Source: Bacteriovoracia bacterium
Lineage (GTDB): Bacteria > Bdellovibrionota > UBA1018 > CAIPTA01
Direction: 5' to 3'
DNA: 64,000 nt
NCBI GenBank assembly: GCA_050246755.1
Contig: JBFWVL010000002.1
Coordinates: 1-64,000 of the forward strand
The translations under genes were made by a program, and so were the position numbers. Below are positions 19,017-26,709 of the stretch, piece after piece. The stretch's first letter is position 1, and the number at the start of each line of letters is the position of its first letter. Below the pieces are notes generated by a model, which saw only the letters and a program-made list of their open reading frames with translations, did no database searches and was not told where the DNA came from.

Positions 19017-19970
19017 ATGAATTTTATTTCTCAAGTGTCGGTGGCGCCTCCTTGGCTCTGGATTTCCTTTTCGGTCGGGATCTTTTTTCTTTTGGTCGTG
19101 GATCTAAGCCTGTTCGGGCGCGGCGGCCATGCCATTTCGCGCAAAAAAGCGTTGATCGAGAGCGGCCTATGGGTGACCCTCGCGCTGCTCTTCAACGCTT
19201 GGTTCGCGTTCACCTTCGGCAAGGAACTCGGCCTTGAGTTTCTCACGGGCTACTTAGTGGAGAAGAGCCTGAGCGTAGATAACCTCTTTATCATTCTGCT
19301 CATCTTCAGTTCCTTCAAAATCCCCGCGCAGTACCAGCACCGGGTGCTCTTTTTTGGGGTGCTGGGAGCGATCGTGCTGCGGGCCTTCTTCATTATCGTG
19401 GGCGCCCAACTCCTGCATCTCTTCCATTGGGTCCTCTACCTATTCGGCGCGATCCTGGTGGTGACGGCGATAAAATTCCTGCGCGATTCCGACGAAAAGA
19501 TGGACGTGAAGGAGCATTGGTCGATTCGCTTGCTGAAGCGGTTTTTTCCGTCCACCGGCGTATTCCATGGGAATCATTTTTTCGCCGTGGAAAATGGGAT
19601 CAAAAAAGCCACCCCGCTTTTTCTCGCCTTGGTGGTGATCGAAGTAACGGACCTCGTGTTCGCCGTGGATTCCATTCCCGCGGTGTTCGCGGTTACCCAA
19701 GACGCGTTTGTGGCGTTTGCCTCCAATATTCTCGCGATCCTGGGCCTCCGTGCGCTCTATTTCGTGCTGGCCGACTGGGTAGCCGAGCTGCGCTACCTAA
19801 AGCCCGGCTTGGCGGCGGTGCTTGGTTTCATCGGTTCGAAAATGCTCTTGGTGGATTTTATAAAAATTCCGAGCTGGGTTTCGCTGCTCGTGATTTTCTC
19901 GATCCTCGCCACGGCGGCGCTCGGCTCTTGGTATGTGGCTCAAGTAGAAAAAAGGAAAGAGGGCCGATAA
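19017..19970 (+). CDS. TerC/Alx family metal homeostasis membrane protein
   Basis: EKSLSVDNLF, QHRVLF, DLVFAVDSIPA and SNILAILGLRALYF. Confidence 0.93.
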   Translation: MNFISQVSVAPPWLWISFSVGIFFLLVVDLSLFGRGGHAISRKKALIESGLWVTLALLFNAWFAFTFGKELGLEFLTGYLVEKSLSVDNLFIILLIFSSFKIPAQYQHRVLFFGVLGAIVLRAFFIIVGAQLLHLFHWVLYLFGAILVVTAIKFLRDSDEKMDVKEHWSIRLLKRFFPSTGVFHGNHFFAVENGIKKATPLFLALVVIEVTDLVFAVDSIPAVFAVTQDAFVAFASNILAILGLRALYFVLADWVAELRYLKPGLAAVLGFIGSKMLLVDFIKIPSWVSLLVIFSILATAALGSWYVAQVEKRKEGR

Positions 19971-20548
19971 TGAGCGCTGATCACCTGCAAGAAAAAATAA
20001 AAGCCTACGTGAAAATTCTTCAGCGCTACGTGCACCGTGTTTGGTATCCGCCCTTGATCGGTTTGTTGGCGGCGCTCGATAATATTTTGGTATTTATTCC
20101 CAGCGACGGAATCCTGATTTCCAGTTCCATGCTGATCCCGCGGCGCTGGTTCATCCTCGCTTTCAGCGTGGCGCTGGGATCCGCGCTGGGCGCCCTCGGT
20201 TTAGCGGCGCTGGTGGAGCACCATGGCCTCCCTTGGATTCTCGAATTCTTTCCGGGCCTCAATGATAGCCGGAGCTGGGCGTGGACTTTGGAATTTTTCG
20301 ATAAGTACGGGCTCCTGCTCGTGTTCGCGGTGGCAGTTACGCCCTTCGTGCAACAGCCGGCGGTGATCCTCGCTACTCTTGCCGATACGCCTCTGCTAGA
20401 GCTGGCGGCCGTAATTTTCGCGGGAAGATTCATCAAGTTTTTACTGATGGCCTATATCGGCTCTCATGCCCCTCGTTTGCTCACGAAGGTATGGGGGCTG
20501 AAGAAGGAGCTCGCCGCTACGGGAGAGCCCACTCCGCCTTCGCCTTAA
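19970..20548 (+). CDS. DedA/VTT (YqaA-like) membrane protein
   Basis: ATG overlaps the TerC stop; hydrophobic with TPF and GRFIKF motifs. Confidence 0.7.
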   Translation: MSADHLQEKIKAYVKILQRYVHRVWYPPLIGLLAALDNILVFIPSDGILISSSMLIPRRWFILAFSVALGSALGALGLAALVEHHGLPWILEFFPGLNDSRSWAWTLEFFDKYGLLLVFAVAVTPFVQQPAVILATLADTPLLELAAVIFAGRFIKFLLMAYIGSHAPRLLTKVWGLKKELAATGEPTPPSP

Positions 20549-21818
20549 CCAAAAGCATTTCGCAGGCATCGTGCGCCGTATCGATGCGATAGAGCAATCC
20601 CGTGGCATCGTACCAAGTATCGTAAGGCGCCACCACCCGGCGGATATAGTCGGCAGTCCACCAGGAATCTGCGCCGGCGGGAATATAGTAGGGCTTCAGT
20701 TCGGGCATCATCTCCACGGCATAGTCCATCACGCGCGCCGCCACGAAACTGGTTTGATTCACTTCCCCTAAGAAATAAGTCACCGGGCTGCCCACCACGC
20801 CGCCTCTCGCGAACCGGTTCATGTCCCACGTATAGTCAGGGCCGAACAAAAGTTTTTGTAGGATAAAATCACGGATCTGTTCGGGCTCTTTCAGGGCGGC
20901 GAGCCTTTCGAATAATTTGGGATGGTCCGCCATTGCGTAGCGTGCCTGGAAATCTTTGCTTAGCTGCGCATCGTATTCGGCGAGGTCGGCCGGTGTGAGG
21001 CAGGGATGGCCGGCATAAGCGAGCGAGTTGTGTCCGAGGGAAATCAATCCGAGCAAAGTGGTGGCCACGTGGTTCTGGAAGTATTTGCTACCGCGAACGA
21101 GAGAAGCCGCGCTTCGCCCCATTAGGCGGCCAAAGAAATTTCCTAAGCGGTTTCCCGGGCGCAATGAATGCGAGAGGTGGAGGCTGAGGTCTTCTCCATC
21201 GGCATCCACGAAGGGATACAGGCGGTGCTTAGGATCTCGAATCAAGTGGCGGTAGCGTTCATGCTGGGGCTGGATCGCCAGGAAGGATTGGAAACCCTCG
21301 TAAATTTCCGGTGCGGTTTTTTCGCTAATACGATCGTCATTGCCATAGGTGCCGGGCCAGTCTTGGTAGGAGCCCCAGATGGGCTTCGGATTGGCGGAAT
21401 GGCAATTCACGCAGGAGCGAGGATTTTTCGCCGAGAACTGCGGAGCATTACCTTCGAACTTGATGAAGCGAAGCTCGAACTCATTGGTCTCTTCACGAAA
21501 TTGCAACACCTCGAGGCGATCATAGTTGAGGTGCTTGGGGTCCCCGTTAAAAGTAACCACGAATTTCGCGTCTTGGCCGAAAAGAATCGCGCGGGGATGC
21601 GTGGGCGAAGAGGGCTGGGCACTCATGCTGTCGGACATCAGGGTGTAGTTGGCGCGCAGTTCCTCGGGCAGAGCCGCGATGGCGTCTGCGATCTTGGTGA
21701 TATTTTTTTCCTGGAGGAGTTTTACGAAATCATCATAGGTGAACGAGGCGGCTTGGGCGCGTAATGCGGATAAGAAAAATGCTGCAACCACCAACAAGCT
21801 CATGACGCGGATCCCCAT
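20517..21818 (-). CDS. secreted protein with a single CxxCH (possible heme c) motif
   Basis: Signal peptide AQA and SCVNCHS. Confidence 0.6.
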   Translation of the reverse strand: MGIRVMSLLVVAAFFLSALRAQAASFTYDDFVKLLQEKNITKIADAIAALPEELRANYTLMSDSMSAQPSSPTHPRAILFGQDAKFVVTFNGDPKHLNYDRLEVLQFREETNEFELRFIKFEGNAPQFSAKNPRSCVNCHSANPKPIWGSYQDWPGTYGNDDRISEKTAPEIYEGFQSFLAIQPQHERYRHLIRDPKHRLYPFVDADGEDLSLHLSHSLRPGNRLGNFFGRLMGRSAASLVRGSKYFQNHVATTLLGLISLGHNSLAYAGHPCLTPADLAEYDAQLSKDFQARYAMADHPKLFERLAALKEPEQIRDFILQKLLFGPDYTWDMNRFARGGVVGSPVTYFLGEVNQTSFVAARVMDYAVEMMPELKPYYIPAGADSWWTADYIRRVVAPYDTWYDATGLLYRIDTAHDACEMLLVKAKAEWALP

Positions 21819-21900
21819 GTTTAGGGGTAGAGGTTATTGCCGCGCGGGAAGCATGTCTAGAAGTTTTGAATCAGGGGCTGCGGATTGGAAATAGCTATTT

Positions 21901-22389
21901 TTAGATCTTTTCGGCAAACCAAGCCGCCGTCTTTTTTAGATTTTCGGGCCCTAATACTTCGGCCACTTCCTTCACCGTTTCAGAAAGTTTTTTTTGCTTC
22001 AGCACGAAGCGCCAGGCCTGGTCCGCCTGGTGCATCACCGCGGCAATGCCGCAAATATCGGAGTAGGCAGCTGATTTCTTGGGAATGCAGGGATTTTCCC
22101 GACGAATCTCATGGCACTGGAAAGTTTTCTTCCTGCCCTCCACGGCCTCCACGATATCCAGAAAACTAATGGCCGAGGCGGGCTTGGCCAGGCGGTACCC
22201 GCCCTTGGGGCCGAGCGTGGTCTCCACCAGCCCCGCGTTGGACAGGGCCTGCAGGGCCTTCGAAAGGTATTCTTTGGGGACCCCATGAAATTCGGCCAAT
22301 ACTTTCGCGGGCACCATAGCGTCCGGCGGCATTCCCGCCAGAATCGACATGCAATGCAGCGCCCACTCGACTTGGTTTCCTAAGGTCAT
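21901..22389 (-). CDS. Rrf2 family transcriptional regulator
   Basis: VEWALHC, YLSKALQ, GPKGGYRLA and CHEIR. Confidence 0.92.
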   Translation of the reverse strand: MTLGNQVEWALHCMSILAGMPPDAMVPAKVLAEFHGVPKEYLSKALQALSNAGLVETTLGPKGGYRLAKPASAISFLDIVEAVEGRKKTFQCHEIRRENPCIPKKSAAYSDICGIAAVMHQADQAWRFVLKQKKLSETVKEVAEVLGPENLKKTAAWFAEKI

Positions 22390-22859
22390 AACCCAGCTTT
22401 ATCTAATCCCAGCATTTTGTCCATCGAACCGGGAGTGGTGCGGAAGGGGGCGCCAAAGCGGTTCCAGGCATTGATCATCGCGATCACCATGGTGAGCTCG
22501 GTGAGTTCCTTATCGGAAAATTGCGCTTTTACTTTGGCGAATAGCTCATCGGAAATGGGCGCCTGACTGAGCTTGGTAACGTGTTCCGTCCAGAGGAGAG
22601 CGGCTTTTTCTTTTTCCGAAAATAGGGGCGACTCTTCCCATACGGCCACGTGGTAGAGGCGCAGTTCACGCTCGCCATCGATCTTCGCTTCCTTGCTGTG
22701 CGTGTCTACGCAGAGGGCGCAGCCATTGATTTGGGAGGCGCGGAGTTTCACGAGGTGAACTAGGTGGTGATCGAAGGAGCTTTCTTTGATCAGCGTTTCG
22801 ATCTCGGTCATTTTTTGAAAGGCTTTGAGGAAGTGGGGGTAGTAATTCAGGCGTTGCAT
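22386..22859 (-). CDS. carboxymuconolactone decarboxylase/AhpD family protein
   Basis: LRASQINGCALCVDTH and INAWNR. Confidence 0.92.
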   Translation of the reverse strand: MQRLNYYPHFLKAFQKMTEIETLIKESSFDHHLVHLVKLRASQINGCALCVDTHSKEAKIDGERELRLYHVAVWEESPLFSEKEKAALLWTEHVTKLSQAPISDELFAKVKAQFSDKELTELTMVIAMINAWNRFGAPFRTTPGSMDKMLGLDKAGL

Positions 22860-22865
22860 GTATTT

Positions 22866-22911
22866 GATCTCCTATTACGGACATAATATATCCGTAATAG
22901 GAGATCGTCAA
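22866..22911 (-). promoter_or_regulatory. sigma70 promoter overlapped by a perfect 16-bp inverted repeat (candidate Rrf2 operator)
   Basis: Minus strand TTGACG-N17-TATTAT; arms gatctcctattacgga (22866-22881) and tccgtaataggagatc (22891-22906). Confidence 0.8.
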
Positions 22912-22914
22912 TAC

Positions 22915-23193
22915 TTATCTTAATTGACGCGAGGCGGTTATTGCGATCACCGCGCCAAACGCCAAGAAAAGCAAGCTAGCCCCCACGCGAATCCATTTCA
23001 TCGGGATGCGAGCGAGGAGCTTATGGCCGAGGAAGATGGCCAGGGCGTTCGAGGCCACCATTCCCAAGGTAGTGCCGAAAGTTACTAGGGTGGTATTGGA
23101 ATAATGAGCGCCGAGGGCGATGGTGGCGAGCTGGGTTTTGTCTCCCATTTCACCGGCGAACACGAGCAAGAACGAGCTGAAAAAAGTTTCCAA
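22915..23193 (-). CDS. half-size TMEM165/GDT1 (UPF0016) Mn2+/Ca2+ exporter
   Basis: TTG start after GAGG; a single EMGDKTQL motif in 92 aa. Confidence 0.75.
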   Translation of the reverse strand: METFFSSFLLVFAGEMGDKTQLATIALGAHYSNTTLVTFGTTLGMVASNALAIFLGHKLLARIPMKWIRVGASLLFLAFGAVIAITASRQLR

Positions 23194-23263
23194 GGAATAC
23201 CTCAACGTTGGGCCGTGAGGTGTTTTCGATAAAACGAAACCGCACGGCGAGTTTTTCGCCAGT

Positions 23264-23364
23264 GCTAGTCTCGTTAACAGGGGATCCTGCGAAGGGGCCG
23301 GGGTTTTGCTACCCAGTACGTCGACCCATTCCTCGGCCGTAAGGCCGAGCAACTACTCCCTAAT
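23264..23364 (-). ncRNA. yybP-ykoY (Mn2+-sensing) riboswitch
   Basis: Minus strand AGGGAGTAG...hairpin ctcggcc/ggccgag...GTCGAC..ACTGGG...CGAGAC, directly upstream of a UPF0016 gene, which is the canonical context. Confidence 0.75.
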
Positions 23365-23413
23365 AAAAGTAGACCACTAGAGGCGGTAGTTGCTCGTCAA
23401 GAAAACGCGGCGT

Positions 23414-24259
23414 TTAGAGCTTGCCCACCAAGAATACGGCGAGTTTGTCCAATACGTTCTGCCAGCCCTCGCACTCCTTGTAGGAATGGTCGAGGCTCTC
23501 TTGCGTGGCGGCGTAGCCGGTGGATTCCACCACCAATTCGGTTTCACCGGGGCCTTTATCCCGGAAGGAAAAGCAGACCACGGCTTCGCCCCATTGGAAG
23601 GAGATCATCTCGCCGGGTATCGCTTGCTTGACCACGAGTTTTTGCGTGGGGTAGCCGGGAAAATTCCACTCCACCGTATTTCCCGCCACGAAATCGGTGG
23701 TGGAATTGCAGCCAAAATACTGGTTGAGCTGTTTGTGATCGGCGTAGGCTGCGTATACTTTCGCGCGGGGAGCGTGGATCGTTTTCTTGATCTTGAAGTA
23801 GAGATCGAGGCCCGAGGTATTTTTCTCCATCTTCGCGATCAGCTCGCGGAAAGATTTGCGCAGGTCGCTGAGCGCGTCGTCCCAGCCGAAATCGTGGGCG
23901 TTGAGGGTGATGAAGCCGTCGAAGCCTTCGTGTTTGAGGGTGAGGATGGATTTTCCGTAGTTCTCCTGGATGGAGATCGTCACGAGGGTGGAGATTTTCT
24001 CATTGGTGTCCTTGCTCACGGTGGGCCAGGTGAAGACGATTTTAGAGTGGGGGACGATTTGTTTGAATTCCCCATCTAGGTTGCCGTTAGCTTTAGGCCA
24101 TTCCAGGTGAAATTTCCCGCCTTCGCGGAAATCCACCTTCGCTTTATCCACGGGTGCGCCCGTGAATTTAAAGAGCAAGCCGTCGCCGATGGCTTGGAAG
24201 AGGGTTTTCGCGTCGCATTTATAGATGCGGCTCATATTGAGGTTGTATTGGGTGTTCAT
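23414..24259 (-). CDS. tandem SRPBCC/AHSA1 domain protein
   Basis: Two AHSA1-like repeats (DFREGG...HDFGW and DFVAGN...EGWQ). Confidence 0.85.
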   Translation of the reverse strand: MNTQYNLNMSRIYKCDAKTLFQAIGDGLLFKFTGAPVDKAKVDFREGGKFHLEWPKANGNLDGEFKQIVPHSKIVFTWPTVSKDTNEKISTLVTISIQENYGKSILTLKHEGFDGFITLNAHDFGWDDALSDLRKSFRELIAKMEKNTSGLDLYFKIKKTIHAPRAKVYAAYADHKQLNQYFGCNSTTDFVAGNTVEWNFPGYPTQKLVVKQAIPGEMISFQWGEAVVCFSFRDKGPGETELVVESTGYAATQESLDHSYKECEGWQNVLDKLAVFLVGKL

Positions 24260-24606
24260 TGTTTGGGTCCTTTCTTCTTATTTGATTCGATATAGTCGTC
24301 CAGTGCGCTGAGTTGCTGGTCCCAGAACTTCCGGTATTCGGCCACGATTTCTTCCACCATTTGCAATCTCTCGGGGTTGATGGTGCAGCGCTGGATGCGC
24401 CCATCTTTCTCTTTGGAAATTAGTTTCGCGCTTTCCAAAACCTGCAGGTGCTTCGACACGGCTTGCTTGCTGATGCCAAAAGGCTGGCCCAGCTCCGAGA
24501 CGATCTGGGTGCCCGCCGTCAATTGCTTGAGCATGCGCCGCCGCGTGGAATCGCTGAGCGCGTAAAACAGCTGGTCGATTTGTTCTTCTTTGAGGGCGGC
24601 ACTCAT
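24256..24606 (-). CDS. ArsR/SmtB family regulator
   Basis: FYALSDSTRR and AVSKHLQVLE. Confidence 0.92.
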   Translation of the reverse strand: MSAALKEEQIDQLFYALSDSTRRRMLKQLTAGTQIVSELGQPFGISKQAVSKHLQVLESAKLISKEKDGRIQRCTINPERLQMVEEIVAEYRKFWDQQLSALDDYIESNKKKGPKQ

Positions 24607-24636
24607 AAATAAACTATAAAAGAGCTTGGATTAATA

Positions 24637-24654
24637 ATCAACCAAATGATTGAC
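24637..24654. promoter_or_regulatory. candidate ArsR operator
   Basis: Imperfect palindrome TCAAccaaatgaTTGA upstream of the ArsR-SRPBCC operon. Confidence 0.6.
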
Positions 24655-24726
24655 CATTAAAAATGATAAATCAAATCGAGGGCTTAGATGAGTGTATTTC
24701 GATCGGAGGGCAGTCGATAAAGAAGC

Positions 24727-25050
24727 ATGAATGCATTTATCTTACTCTGCATTTCCCTGCTTCTATCTATTCCCGGCAACGCGCGGGCAAATTTCGAATG
24801 CCTCCCAGGCCCCGAGGAAGAGTGCTACTACGAAGAGGTATGGTCTACGCCCGAAGAGCTTGAGCACATGGCGAGGAATCTCAACAATGGGCTTTGCGAA
24901 GGAGAAGAGAGTGGCGGCTCGGGGGTAAGTACGGGAGCTGAGTACGAGTATCACTGCGACAACGGAAGATCGGTGTTTTCGCAAGTGAAGCCGGATAAAG
25001 TGCTTCGCAAGAGAGTGAAGGGAATGCGGCCTTATTTTGATTCGCACTAA
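24727..25050 (+). CDS. small secreted acidic Cys-containing protein
   Basis: Signal peptide ARA and 4 Cys in the mature part. Confidence 0.5.
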   Translation: MNAFILLCISLLLSIPGNARANFECLPGPEEECYYEEVWSTPEELEHMARNLNNGLCEGEESGGSGVSTGAEYEYHCDNGRSVFSQVKPDKVLRKRVKGMRPYFDSH

Positions 25051-25805
25051 GGCCGCGCGCCCTTGATGCCCAGGAGATTGGGCAATACCAGCCAGGTGGC
25101 GTGCTCTTGCCCGAGTTCAGGAGAGAGAAAGAGGGCGGCGTGATTGCCGCCGTCGAGGTAGAGCAGGCCGGTGAGGTTGAGCTTTAGGTTTAAGATTCTT
25201 TCTACCAGATCGTGAACATCGACCAGGCGGGGATGATAGAAAAATAAAATCCTGTTTTTATCGTCTACGCCCACGAGGCCCACGTGGTGGTAGATGCTGG
25301 CGCCTTTATTCCAGAGGATGCCTTTCTCCGCGTCCCACATCCGGTAGGTTTGGAAAGTGGTATGGTAGGCGCCAATATCTTCCTTAGTGCCGATCTTTAC
25401 GGCGGGAGATTTGGGACTTTTGGGATTGAACATCAGGAATCCGCGGAGTTTGGCGCTGAAGCGAGGGTTATTCACGTTCTCGTAATTCCGCATATAGCCG
25501 ATGCTGGTCACGTAGTCCTTACCAAACATGGCGGCATTGATGACCACGTCGAAGTACTCGTTCGCGGCGATAGTGGCCACGTTATCGGCGGAGCCAGCGG
25601 GAGAGTTGATGAGCGATAGCGGGGTGACGAGGGGATCGGCGCGCACCACAATCAGGGAGCCATCTATATTCGTGACCTCGATCTTGCCGCTTTCTTTCCA
25701 GACGGGATTTTCCGAAGATAGATTCCGCTCCTGGGCCACGGGCGCCGAAGCACAGGCGCTCAGGAAGAGAAATAGGCCGAGGTAAGCGGGTGAGATCCGT
25801 TTCAT
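25047..25805 (-). CDS. phosphodiester glycosidase (NAGPA-like) lipoprotein
   Basis: Lipobox LSAC, INAAMF and LYLDGG. Confidence 0.7.
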   Translation of the reverse strand: MKRISPAYLGLFLFLSACASAPVAQERNLSSENPVWKESGKIEVTNIDGSLIVVRADPLVTPLSLINSPAGSADNVATIAANEYFDVVINAAMFGKDYVTSIGYMRNYENVNNPRFSAKLRGFLMFNPKSPKSPAVKIGTKEDIGAYHTTFQTYRMWDAEKGILWNKGASIYHHVGLVGVDDKNRILFFYHPRLVDVHDLVERILNLKLNLTGLLYLDGGNHAALFLSPELGQEHATWLVLPNLLGIKGARP

Positions 25806-25869
25806 GCGTAAATTTTACCAAGATGGCCGGAAATACGAAAGAAGCAAAGACGAGAGCTTTGCGGCCTAT

Positions 25870-26223
25870 TCAGGCCTTTTTCACGAATTCCGATTTGAGT
25901 TTCATCGCGCCGATTCCTTCGATCTTGCAATCGATATTGTGGCCGTCGCTGCTTTCCACGAGGCGGATATTTCTCACCTTGGTGCCCACTTTCACCACCG
26001 AGGAGGAGCCTTTTACTTTTAAGTCTTTAATAGTGGTCACGGCGTCGCCATCGGCCAAGGCATTTCCGTGAGCGTCTCGTACGGTAGAGTCGGGCGGCGT
26101 ATTTTCCGCAGAGGCCGCCTCGTGCGGGCTCCATTCGTGGCTGCACTCCGGGCAGACCCAAAGATTTCCATCGGCGTAGGTATTCTCAGAGTTGCAGTGC
26201 GGGCAGCTGGGTTCTTTTTTCAT
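25870..26223 (-). CDS. zinc-ribbon protein YjdM (PhnA-like)
   Basis: CPHC...[12 protein letters not shown] and LKSEFVKK. Confidence 0.92.
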   Translation of the reverse strand: MKKEPSCPHCNSENTYADGNLWVCPECSHEWSPHEAASAENTPPDSTVRDAHGNALADGDAVTTIKDLKVKGSSSVVKVGTKVRNIRLVESSDGHNIDCKIEGIGAMKLKSEFVKKA

Positions 26224-26345
26224 CGGCGGTCTCCAGGGATTAGGCAAGATACCATAATCGGTGATTTTGCCGCACAGCCCGCCGCAGCTTGATTAAAAAA
26301 AATAGCGGGTGATAATTTATTTTTTTACCAGAATAAGGAGTTTCC

Positions 26346-26708
26346 GTGGCTAACTACGTAGATGGATTTGTTTTACCGATTCCCCGCAAAAATATCGCCG
26401 CTTACATAAAAATGGCGAAGACGGCCGGCAAGGTTTGGAAGGATCACGGAGCGCTCGAATATTTCGAATGCCAGGCAGACGACGTGAAAAAGGGCAAGTG
26501 GACTTCGTTCCCCCAGAGCGTGAAGCTCAAAGCAGGCGAAGTAGTTTTCTTCTCTTATATCGTTTACAAATCCCGCGCGCACCGCGATCGCGTCTTGGCG
26601 AAAGTGATGAAGGATCCCCGCCTAGCCGATATGATGGATCCATCGGCCATGCCCTTCGACGGCAAGCGCATGATCTACGGCGGATTCAAACCCGTAGTGT
26701 CGCTCTAG
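26346..26708 (+). CDS. DUF1428 family protein
   Basis: YVDGF, TSFPQSV and MPFDGKRMIYGGF. Confidence 0.92.
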   Translation: MANYVDGFVLPIPRKNIAAYIKMAKTAGKVWKDHGALEYFECQADDVKKGKWTSFPQSVKLKAGEVVFFSYIVYKSRAHRDRVLAKVMKDPRLADMMDPSAMPFDGKRMIYGGFKPVVSL

Positions 26709-26709
26709 G

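Noticed and set aside
19427-19969. N-terminal extension of the 373-aa ORF
   Set aside because: It overlaps TerC in another frame; the credible start is the ATG at 19970 coupled to the TerC stop.
23194-23352. N-terminal extension of the UPF0016 ORF
   Set aside because: It runs through the riboswitch leader; the TTG at 23193 has an RBS and matches the family start.
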